From assembly GCF_009914755.1 (NCBI RefSeq), contig NC_060947.1: a stretch of 64,000 nt of DNA. One strand, written 5' to 3'. The notes beneath the pieces were generated by a model. The model saw only the letters and a list, made by a program, of their open reading frames with translations, was not told where the DNA came from and made no database searches. This stretch comes from the human T2T-CHM13v2.0 reference genome, Homo sapiens. Shown piece after piece: positions 54,050 to 64,000 of the stretch; the first letter of the stretch is position 1, and every line of letters starts with the position of its first letter. The position numbers and the translations under genes were made by a program.

Positions 54050-55340
54050 CATCCCATTCATTCACTCAGCAAACATTTAATGGGCCAGGTTTTGAGCTGG
54101 GTATTGGAATGCAAAGATAGCCCGTCACCTCCATGTACTATAGGGGAAAAGGTAGTAAAAAGACTGATAGATAAATACTAAATTAGAAGTGTGCTTAGAG
54201 TTATGTGGAAGCACACAAAAGGAATACTCAGTCTAAAATAAAGTTTGTGAAGGATGAGACTAGAGTGATAGATTCACTTAGCCTCTTACTAGTTGTGTGA
54301 TCCCTCTATGCCTCACCCTCTTTATGGCTAAAATGGGGATAATAATAGCACCTACCCATGGAATAGTAGGGATAAAATGAGTTAATTCATGTGGATCTTT
54401 TAGAACACATTTTGGAGTACAGTAAGGGCTATATAAGTGTTAAATAAATCAAGGAAGGCACTTCAGCAGCTCGATCTTGAGCATTTGAGCAATTTCATAA
54501 AATATTAGTTGCTTAAAAAGAGCAGGACAAAACCTTTCACGCAGAGTAGGGATAGAAAGAACATGGTGCATTTTGAAATCTACCAGTTTAGTAGGACAGC
54601 ATATGAACTGTGTATTGACAATAACAGAGGTGTCGGTGACAGGGAGGGTATTAACACATGGGACTATGCCTTGTTTGGCATGGTCATGGGTTTGGATTGG
54701 ATCTTGAAAAAGAGGAGTAGCCTTTAAAAAATTTTAAGTCATAAGAATTTACCCTTCCACCTGTGAAGTAGTTACTATGCCATTTTACAGATGATAAAAC
54801 TGGTATGCTGAAAAATTAAATAACTTTCCCATAGCTATGCAGCTAGTAATGAACTGAATTTGGATTTGAATCTAGGTTCCAGAGTACGCGTGCTTAATCA
54901 TTATGTCATACCACCTCTCCAAGAATACAGGCAAAAAAGTCAGGCTTGAGGGAAAAAAAGATGACTGTAATTTTTGACATGTTAAGTTTGCAATAAATAT
55001 GTGGTATCCAAGTGTTTATGTCCTGTAGGCAACTGGATATATGGATGGGGAGTTTAACAAAAGGATCTGAGCTTGATATTTAGGTCCGAGAGTTAATAAT
55101 GATAGGATATAAATTGAGAAATTTAAAATTTGATGGTGAAACCTAGGGAACCTCAAAAGGTATCATATGGGCAGAGGAAAAGGAGCCCATAGTGTTGACT
55201 AACAATGAACACCAAAAGAATTAGGAAGAAAAGAAGAGTAAGGTAACAATCCAAAGAAACAGTTTCAAGAAGAAAGATGTACTCAACAGAATCAAATGCT
55301 GCAGGGATGTCAAATACGTTAAAGATATAAAATTATCATT
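54050..55340 (-). mobile_element. L2 with nested MIRs (~54280-54450 sense; ~54750-54915 antisense)
   Basis: cattcattcactcagcaaacattta; ccattttacagatgataaaactg; ttgacatgttaagtttg. Confidence 0.65.
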
Positions 55341-55623
55341 TGGGATTATGGAACTTCTATTTCCAGTATGGTGATGTAGACATGTTTTTCCATATCCTGT
55401 TTACTAAATACAGCTAAAAGCCCTGGTAGTTATACATACAACAACAATAAGAAGACTCTGAAAGGTGTAGAAGAGAAAGCAGGCCTGCTAGAGACCTTGC
55501 GCCCTAAGGAATTAAATGGAGATGAGTCCCCTGGGTTTACTTTGGGCCTCATACATTCAAGACTGGGTACTAGAGAAGTCAGCAATCCAGAATCACCAAC
55601 AGGTGCAAACACACAAAAGCCCT

Positions 55624-55638
55624 AGAACAGCCTGTTCT
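55624..55638. promoter_or_regulatory. Perfect palindromic steroid response element (ARE/GRE/PRE) AGAACAgccTGTTCT
   Basis: Exact match to AGAACAnnnTGTTCT; function unverified. Confidence 0.55.
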
Positions 55639-57163
55639 CGCTAGACAAAGGACCAGGAAAGGGTAAAAGTAACAAGACAGAAAACTCTGTAACCAAACAC
55701 CCAGGAAAAACTGTGGCCCCACTTTCACCACTGTCATCAAAGACCAGTTGGGGAAGCTAGACTCCCACCTTGGCTAGGCTATTACAAGGCACCCCAATCC
55801 CACACCACCCCTGCCAGGGTGGTGTCAGAAAATGCTAAGAGTGAAACTGAGATTTTAATTTTCACCGGGAGGTAATGAGACCCTCCTTCCATCGTGTTAG
55901 TGGAAACCACATGAGGAACTTAGACTTTCAATCCACCTGTGGTAATGAGGGTGATATCAGAGGAAGTCGTGTGGAGGGTTGAGACGTTCAACAATGTTCC
56001 CCCTGAGTATCAACGAAGGCTTATGGAGAACCTGGGCTTTAATCCAAGCATGGCAGTAACGAAGCAGCATCCTCCCTTCCACACAAGAACAGAGTCAGAG
56101 GAGGCCTGCTAAACAAAAGATTTAAATAAGATACGAAGTCTCATAATAAAATATTTAAAATGTTCAGGTTTCAATAAAAAATAACTCATTATACCAAGAA
56201 CCAGGATGATCTCCACTTGAATGACAAAAGACAATCAACAGATACCAAAGACAAGATGGCACAGATGTTAGAATTATCTAAAAAGAATTTTAAAGCAACT
56301 GTCATAAGTGTTTCAAAGAGCAATCACAAACATGCTTGAAAAAAAAATAGAAAGTCTTAGAAAAGAAATAGAAATTCTCAGCAAAAAAGGAGCTATAAAG
56401 AAGAACCAAATGGAAATTTTAGAACTGAAAAATACAATAACAAAATTCAAAAACAATGAATGGGCTCAATCGCCCATAATGGAGAAGACAGAGGAAATAA
56501 TCAGTAAACTTGAAAATAGAACAATGGAAAATACCCAATGTAAGTAATAGGCTGAAAAAATAGCCTCAGGGACTTATGCAACTATAATAAAAGATCTAAC
56601 CCCCATGTAATTGGAGTTCTTGAAGAGGAGGTTAAAAAGGATGGGACTGAAAAAGTATTTGAAGAAAAATGGCTTAAATTTCTCCAAATTTGGCAAAAGA
56701 CATAAGACTACAGATTCAAGATGCTAAGTGAATCCAAAACATAATGAAATAAATCCATGCTAAGACACATTACAGTCAAACTTTTGAAAACTAAAGACAA
56801 ACAATCTTGAAAGCAGCCATAGAAAAATGATGCACGTCCTATAAAATGACAGCAAATTTCTCATAAAAAAACATACAGACTGGAAGGAAATGGTACAAGA
56901 GTTTTTCAGCAGCTGAAAGAAAATAACAGCCAAATGAGAATTCTATATCCAGTGAAAATATCCTTTAGATAGGATGGCAAAATCAAGATATTGTCAGAGG
57001 AAGGAAACTAAGAAAATTTGTGGCTAGCAGACCTATTTACTTTAAAAGAATGGCTATAGGAAGTTCTAAAAGCAAAAAAGGGGATTACAGAATAAATCTT
57101 GGAAGATTAGGAAGAAAAAAAACACAGAAAGAGCAAAAATATGAGTAAATACAACAGACTTTA

Positions 57164-57555
57164 TGTTATGGAATGAATTATGTCCCCCTGAAATTCGTAT
57201 GAAGTTCTAAACCCTGATACCTCAGAATGTGACTATATTTGGATATTGGGCCTTTAAAGAAGTAATTAGGGTAAAATGAGGTAATACGGCTTTGCCTCAA
57301 TTCAGTATGAGTGATGTCCTTATAAGAAGAGGGGATTTGGACACAGATATGTGCTCACACAAAGGAAAGACCATGTGAAAAGATAGCAGGAAGGTGGCCA
57401 TCCATAAGCCAAGCACAGAGGCCTCAGAAGAAATGAAACCTGCCAAAACCTTACTCTTGGACTTTTAGCCTCTAGAACTGTGAGAAAATAAATTTCTGTT
57501 TTTTAAGCCACCCAGTCTGTGGTATTTTATTATGGCAGCCCTAACAAACTAATAC
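57164..57555 (+). mobile_element. MLT1B-like solo LTR
   Basis: tgttatggaatgaattatgtcccc...cctcagaatgtgactatatttgga...ggcagccctaacaaactaatac. Confidence 0.88.
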
Positions 57556-57662
57556 TTTCATTCTTGTAATTTTTATATTTGATGGTTGAAGCAAAAATAA
57601 AAACACTAAAGTTGTTCCCAATGTATAAAAAAATTTAGGCAATTAAATTATAAGTGGGGGAG

Positions 57663-58044
57663 TGATATGGTTTGGCTCTGTGTCCCTACACAAATTTCAT
57701 GTCAAATTATAATTTCCCAGTGTTGCTGGAGGTGCCTGGTGGGAGGTGATTGAATCATGGGGGCGGACTTCCCCTTTGCTGTTCTTGTGATAGAGTTCTC
57801 AGGAGATCTGGTAGTTTGAAAGTGTGTAGCACCTCCTCCTTCTCTCCCTCTCTCTCCTGCCAGCCATGTGAAGATGTGTTTGCTTCCCGTTTGCCTTTGC
57901 CATGATTGTATGTTCTCTGAGGCCTCCCCAGAACGAGAAGCCTGTACAGTCTGCAGAACCATGAGCCAATTAAACCTCTTTTCTTCATAAATTACCCAGT
58001 CTCTGGTAGTTTTTTATATAGCAGTGTGAGAATGGACTAATGCA
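57663..58044 (+). mobile_element. MSTA/MSTB solo LTR
   Basis: tgatatggtttggctctgtgtccc...gaatggactaatgca; 5-bp TSD GGGAG on both sides. Confidence 0.92.
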
Positions 58045-58746
58045 GGGAGAGCAAAGGGACATAAAGGGAGGTAAGGTTCTTACACTTATCTCTAAATGGA
58101 AAAATGTTGACACCAGTAGAATGTGATAAGTTATGTGTGTAAAGTGGAATACAAAAAAAAATTGCTAAAATGCTATACAAAGAGTTAAAATAAAAACTAA
58201 ACTGAGCTAAAAATGTTCAAGTAACCTACAAGGAAGAAAACTAGAGAACTGAAAAACGGAACAACAGAAAAATAGATGTTAAAAATAAATTCATAGACTT
58301 AGGTCCTAACCTATCAATAATTACATTAAATACAAATGGTATAAATGCACAAATTGAAAGACAAAAATTGGCAGAGTTAATTTTTTAAAAACATGACTTA
58401 ACTAAATGCTATCTATAAGAAATTCACTTTAATTATAATGATATAGGTAGGATGAACATAAAAGGATGGCAAAAGATATTCCATGCAAGTGTTAATCAAA
58501 AGAAAGCAGGAGTGGCTATTACATTATGTAATAGTCTTTCTTGGTCAATCCACCTAGAAGACATAGCAATCCTAAATGTTTTTGGACAAACCAACAGAGC
58601 TGGTTTGTAAAGTAAAACTGATAGAACTGAAAGGAGAAATAGACAAATATAGAATTATAGTTGGAGATTCAATACCCTGTCTTAACAATTGATGGAACAA
58701 CTAGACAGAAGATCAGCAAGGATACAGAATAACTCAATAACACCAT

Positions 58747-59085
58747 TGCTGTGATCGAATGTTTGTCTTCCTTCCAATTCATATGTTGAAACCTAACCCC
58801 ACACTGATGATATTAAGAGGTTGGGCCTTTGGAAGTAATTAGGTCATAAGAACAAAGCCCTCAAGAATGGGATTAGTGGCTCAAGGAGGTTTGTTCATGC
58901 CTTTTGTCATGTACAGACACAGCTAGAAGGCATCATCCATGAGGCAGAAAGCTAGCCCTCACCAGACACCAAATATGCTGGTGCTTTGATCATGGAGTTT
59001 CCAGCCTTGTGAGCAAAAATTTCTGTTGTTTGTAAATTACCCAGTCTAACGTATTTTGTTATAGCAGCCTGAATTGACTAAGACA
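58747..59085 (+). mobile_element. MSTC/MSTD-like solo LTR
   Basis: tgctgtgatcgaatgtttgtc...attcatatgttgaaacctaacccc...gactaagaca; 5-bp TSD ACCAT. Confidence 0.88.
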
Positions 59086-59224
59086 ACCATCAACTAACAG
59101 GTTCCAATTGACATTTATAGAGCACTTCACTCAAAAACATCTGAATATGCATTACTTTTTTATTAAATTATTAATAATTTGTCTATATATTTTTTGCTTC
59201 ATTAATTAATATATAAAGTAATTT

Positions 59225-59602
59225 TTATTTTTATGTTTTTCTTCTCCAACTTTAATTTTAGGTTCTAAGGGTACATGTTCAGGTTTGTTACATGGGTAAA
59301 TTGCTTGTCACTGAGGTTTGGTGTACAGATGATCCCATCACTCAGGTAATGAGCATAGTAACTTCCAACCCATGCCCCCTCCAACTCTCCCCTCTCAAGC
59401 AGTCCCCAGTGTCTATTGTTCTCATCTTTGTGTCCATGTATATTCAATGTTTAGCTCCTACTTCATAAGCGAGAACATGCAGTATTTGGTTTTCTGTTTC
59501 TCCTACATTAGTTTGCTTAGGATAATGGCCTCCAGCTGTATCCATGTTGCTGCAAAGAACATGATTTCATTATTTTATATGTCTGCATAGTATTCTATGG
59601 TG
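59225..59602 (-). mobile_element. L1PA15/16-L1PB-type 3' end
   Basis: ccaactttaattttaggttc.aagggtacatg...gataatggcctccagctgtatccatgttgctgcaaagaacatgat. Confidence 0.85.
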
Positions 59603-61389
59603 AAAATACACATTATTTTCAACTGCTTAAACAACATATACCAAGATAACACACATCCCAGGTCATAAAACAAACCTCAACAAATTTAAATAAAGTGAAA
59701 TCATACAGAGTGTGTTCTATGGCTGCACAGAACCAAAGTAGAAATCAATAACAGAGAAACAAATGGGTTTTTTTTCCTAAGGATGAAAGGCTGCTTAAAT
59801 ATCTGAAAATTAATCAATGCCATCCACCACATTAAGAGGCCAAAGAATAAAAATCACACGATCATATCAATTGATGCAGAAAAGCATTTGACAAAATTCA
59901 ACACCCATTTTTGATAACAACTCTCAGCAAATTGAGAATAGCAGAAGACATCCTTAAGTTGATAAAGAACATATACAAAAAACCTGCAGCTAACATCATA
60001 TTTAATGGTGAAAGACTGAAAGAAGGCAAGGATATCCATTTCTGCCGCTGCTATTCAACACAGTGCTGGAAGTTCTAGACAGTTCAATAAGGAGGAAATA
60101 AAAGGCATACAGATAGGACAGGACAAAAACAATTGGAAAAAAAAAAACTGTTTCAATTTGCAGAGGACATGATAGTTTACATAAAAAAATCCCAGGAAGG
60201 TACAAAAACTCCTAGAACTAATGAGTGAAATTAGCAACATCACAGGATATGATATCAACTACAAAAATAAATTTTATTTCTATGTAACAGCAAAAACACA
60301 TAAAAATTGAAATTTAAAATACAATACCTTTTACTATTTTGTGATGTCTCACAATTTTATTTTGCCTTGTGCTTTATTTGGAAAGAAATTTTTATCACTG
60401 AAATTTTTTTATTTTAATTTTCTGATTTTGTCCACAGTACCTTTGTATGAATATTGACAGCCATTTTCTGTTCATTTTTAAATAAAATATTTGCCTGGAC
60501 AGCAATAACAGTTGCAAATAAAATGAAACAAAGTAAAATACCATTACAATCACTCAAAAAAAGAAAATTAAGCACACAGGTGTAATTCTAACAAAATATG
60601 TGCAAGAACCATATGTTGGAAAAATATATAAATTGAGGGACATACTGTGTTCATGGATTGGAAGATTTAACATAGTAAAGATGACATTATCCTTAAAGTG
60701 TTAGATAGGTTTAACGTAATCCCTATCAAAATCCCAGCAAGATTGTTGACATAGAGAAATTTATTACAACATTTGTATGAAAGGCACAGGTCCTAGAATA
60801 GTTAAAACAATCTTTTTGAAATCCTCAAACTGAAAACAACCAAAATGTCCTAAAGCAGATGAATGGGCAAATCATCATATATTCATATTATGGAATACTA
60901 TTCAGCAATGAAAATGACTAATCTATTGATATATATAACAACTTGGATGAATCTCAAAGGGATCATGCTGAGTAAAAAAAAGCCATTCTCAAAAGGTCAC
61001 ATACTGTATGATTCCATTTACATCACATTCTCAAAATCACAAAATAATAGAGATGGAAAACAGTTTAGTGATTACAAGGAGTTAAGAATAATGGGGTTAA
61101 TGGAGGTGAGTGAGATTATACAAGGGTTGCGTGAGGAAGTTCTTTATGGTGATGGTACAGTTCAGTATCTTGATTGCAGTGGTTGTTGCAGGAATCAAAA
61201 CATATGTTAAAGTGACATAAAACTATCTACATACACTGTACCAATGCCAATTTCCTGTCTTGATATTGTATTATAATTGTGTAAGATGTTATCCTTGTGG
61301 GAAACTGGGTGAAGGGTACATGGAACCTCTCTCTACTATCTTTGCAATTTCCTGTGAAGCAGTAATTATTTCAAAGTAAAAAGTTAAGC

Positions 61390-63420
61390 AAATTTTGAAG
61401 AAAATGACTTTGTGCCCAAGTGGTCATTAGAGTCCTTTGAAAGAGCTATTTCAGTGCATAGGGAGATGTTGAAGATACAGAAGAGAGAAAAGACAAGGAA
61501 GCAAGGTTCTGGAGGAAGCAGAAGATGTGGGATCAAGAGCACAGGTCTGGATCCCACAAGGGCTGTGGTAGACGCGCCTTTGCCTGAGTTCTTGTTCTGC
61601 ATCCAGGATGAATGAGGTATGCAGACAAGTGAAGTGTGAAGAATAAGAAGAAGACGAAGAGTTTTATTTAGTGTTAGAACAGCTCAGAGGAGTGGGTAGC
61701 TCCTCTCTGTAGACAGGTCGTCCTGTTGAGTGTTCAGCTCTCAGCAGATAGGAGACCCTGGAGAGGGTGGCTCCTCTCTGCAGGCAAGTCGTTCGGACAT
61801 CTCTGCAAATCTCTGAAGCTCTCAGCAGAGACAGTAGCTCCTCTCTGCCAGCAGGTCATCTCTGAAGCTCTCAGTGGAGAGGGTACTCCTCTCTGCAGCT
61901 GGTTGTCCCACCTCTCCAGAGATCAGCAGAGAGGGTACTCCTCTCTGCATCTGGTCATCCCAGTGTCTCTCTGCCCTATTCATCCTCTGGCTGTCCTCTG
62001 CCCTGTTCTGGCTGAGCCCAGGGCTCAGCTGATTGATCCATGGGTGGCCATGGGTGGGCCGGGAAGAGGCACCATGAGCCCCTACTCCAGTCAGCGAGAC
62101 TGGCAGCCCAGTCCCCAGCCTTCAGGCCCTCCCTGGTCTGAGGGTGGAGCCTTACTGTGGACGCCACTCCTTTCCACCCAGGACTCTGTTTGCCTCTCAC
62201 TGCCATTCATTGCCCTGGGGCTCAGCCCCAACCCCGCTCTGAGATTGGAGCAGGTGCTGAGAGTAGAGAGAGACCAGGCAGACAACCCTGAGCCTGCAGA
62301 AATGGGGGTGGGGTGGGGAGAGAGTTCATCCTGGGGCCCCCAAGGGTGCAGGCTGCAGAGAGACCCAGTTCCTGTGAGGAAAGCTGCAGCTGCGCCTGGG
62401 AGCTCCCACCCCACCAACTCAGAAGAGGCAGGGCTCCGGCTTGTCCCCGGCTCCTGCCTGGCTCATGGAGCGGGAGGCCCAGGTTTGCAGCCGCAGGTCC
62501 AGCCACTGCAACTGCACCCCGGAAGGCAGATCCTGCCTGTTCGTGGCTCCCCCAAGAGCACATGGAGGCTGAGATCCACTGCTGCAGTTTGGAAGGCTGT
62601 AGCCCCACCAGGAGGTCAGGGCTCCTGCCCATTCTGTAGAGCAGGAGGCTGGGGTCTACAGCTGCATTGGGCAGCTGCAGCGGGCACCCAGGTAGCTCCG
62701 GTCCCAACTCAGAAGGGGGGGGGCTCCCGCCAGCTCCAGGGAGTGTGCAGCCCCAGCTGCGCAGCTGGCGTGATGGCGGCAGCCACTGCCATCAGTAGTT
62801 ATACACGTACTTGTGTGATTTTCCTCTAGTCATACACAGCCTGGGATAGGAGAGGAAAGAGCAGGTTAAAGTTTGGTTGTGAGAGAAAAGATGGAAACAG
62901 AATAGGAGAGAGGAGAGTGAAGAGAAGTTATCACTCAGGGGTTCTATGCTGGTTAAGGAAAGTAATTTAAGGTCTCAATGAAATTGAAGAATTGATGTCC
63001 TAGGAGTAAGCAAGTGAGAGAGTTAGAAGGATAGGAAGGTGTGATCAGAGGGTAGGATATTCAAGTTCAAAGTTTCAGAAATGGAGCAGTTCCAATTACC
63101 AGCAAAGTCCGGGATGTGGTTACAGTTGAAGCAGAAAAGAGAAGGTCGTCCCAATTAAACAAAGCCAGAAACTGTAAGACCAGGGGCTTGAATGGGTTAA
63201 TGACCATTGAAAGCCCCCAAAGATGGCAGGAGGCTTGAGAGAGAGAGAGGGAGAAATTAGGATGTGTTCCACAGTCTGTAATGAATATGGAAGAATGACC
63301 AGGAGGTTTTTACATGGCATTGACCACCTACTTGAAGATACAAACCTCAAAAAAAGAGGGCTTTTACATGAGGAGTGATTTTTTTTTTTGAAACAGCAAT
63401 GGAGAACTAGAAAGATACTT
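61390..63420 (-). mobile_element. L2 segments flanking the ERV1 LTR
   Basis: ggtcattagagtcctttgaaagagctatttcagtg (61420); purine-rich L2-like sequence after 62795. Confidence 0.45.
61560..62794 (-). mobile_element. ERV1 solo LTR of the MER52/LTR1 group
   Basis: Terminus ...ggcagccactgccatca (TGATGGCAGTGGC on -); internal tandem gggtagctcctctctgcag repeats (61690-61960); gcgcctttgcctgagtt; GC-rich and embedded in L2. Confidence 0.75.
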
Positions 63421-64000
63421 GATACTGTCAAGTATCTTTACTTGATACTTACTGTAAGGAGGAGTGGAGTTCTTAGATGAGATCCATTGGTGCACTTGTT
63501 ACTTCATTCATTCAACAAATAATTATAGATTGGGGACTGTAGAGCCAGGTCTACCTGGGGACAGTTCTAGTTTATGCTTGTTTTTCTGACATAATTGTTA
63601 AAAATGCCCCCTGTTATTCTCAAAAGGTTCCAGCTTGGATAATAAATTATAGAGCATTTATGGCCTGGTTGAGAAAAAAGTCTCTGTGGCTCCTTATTCT
63701 GTTTTCCATCATATTTGATATCCTGTCATTTGCATGTTTGGGTATGGGCATTCATCCTGTTGGGAATCCATCAAATTCTACTTTCATCCAGCCTCATTTC
63801 TCCAGTTGTTGAGAAAGACAGCAGAAAAGACCTGCCTGGCACTCAGATATGCTCTGCTTATAGGTTTTCCCTAAGTTGGTAAGCCCATAAATAGAGAAAA
63901 TGAAGTTAGCCTGTCACGGTTAACACTTGGTGAGCTCTGCTTTGTTTTATTTCTTTGCAAAAATAATCTGTTTTTAAACCAGTCCATTAACAATACATTT

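Larger units (their letters stand above)
55345..61385 (+). mobile_element. Old near-full-length L1M (5'UTR, ORF1 remnant, ORF2 pieces, L1MC/MD-type 3'UTR) with nested insertions
   Basis: ORF1 coiled-coil remnant IKKNQMEILELKNTITKF (56308-56547); ORF2-like atcatatcaattgatgcagaaaagcatttgacaaaattcaacaccc (~59860); 3'UTR tatggaatactattcagcaatgaaa...ggaaactgggtgaagggtacatggaacctctct. Confidence 0.8.

Noticed and set aside
61690-61960. Tandem ctcctctctgc repeats as a novel array
   Set aside because: Internal repeat structure expected for MER52-type LTRs
61726-62829. 367-aa ORF, the longest in the window
   Set aside because: Non-ATG start, lies almost wholly in a GC-rich ERV1 LTR, and shows no gag/pol/env or other motifs

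Overview
Primate, most likely human, genomic DNA. The only protein-coding feature I can support is coding exon 1 of DGKK (diacylglycerol kinase kappa, X-linked) on the minus strand (18108->17464; 215 codons; poly-Pro, EPAP repeats and an SP repeat; GTAAGC donor). It lies in a CpG island with GC boxes, G4-like G-tracts and flanking Z-DNA-type dinucleotide tracts. Positions 1-17463 are DGKK intron 1. Positions ~19.2-64 kb are repeat-dense upstream DNA (L2, MIR, old L1M, a 3-kb L1PA, two Alus, MaLR/ERV1 LTRs, DNA MITEs), and many insertions have readable target-site duplications. Most notable unexplained structures: (1) an old, heavily diverged array of ~23 ~100-bp units in intron 1 (9.7-13.0 kb), each a shared ~55-bp core separated by T-rich linkers, which predates two L1 insertions and on the antisense strand carries poly(A)-signal, micro-exon and hairpin-like features; (2) a 147-bp, ~93% identical inverted duplication 1.36 kb apart in the intron; (3) a perfect palindromic steroid response element with adjacent forkhead motifs ~37.5 kb upstream of the ATG; (4) a 12-nt-phased DRACH array in the EPAP coding repeat; (5) several small template-switch scars. 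Repeat subfamily calls come from recalled consensus sequences, not a database search, and boundaries are approximate unless TSDs are given.
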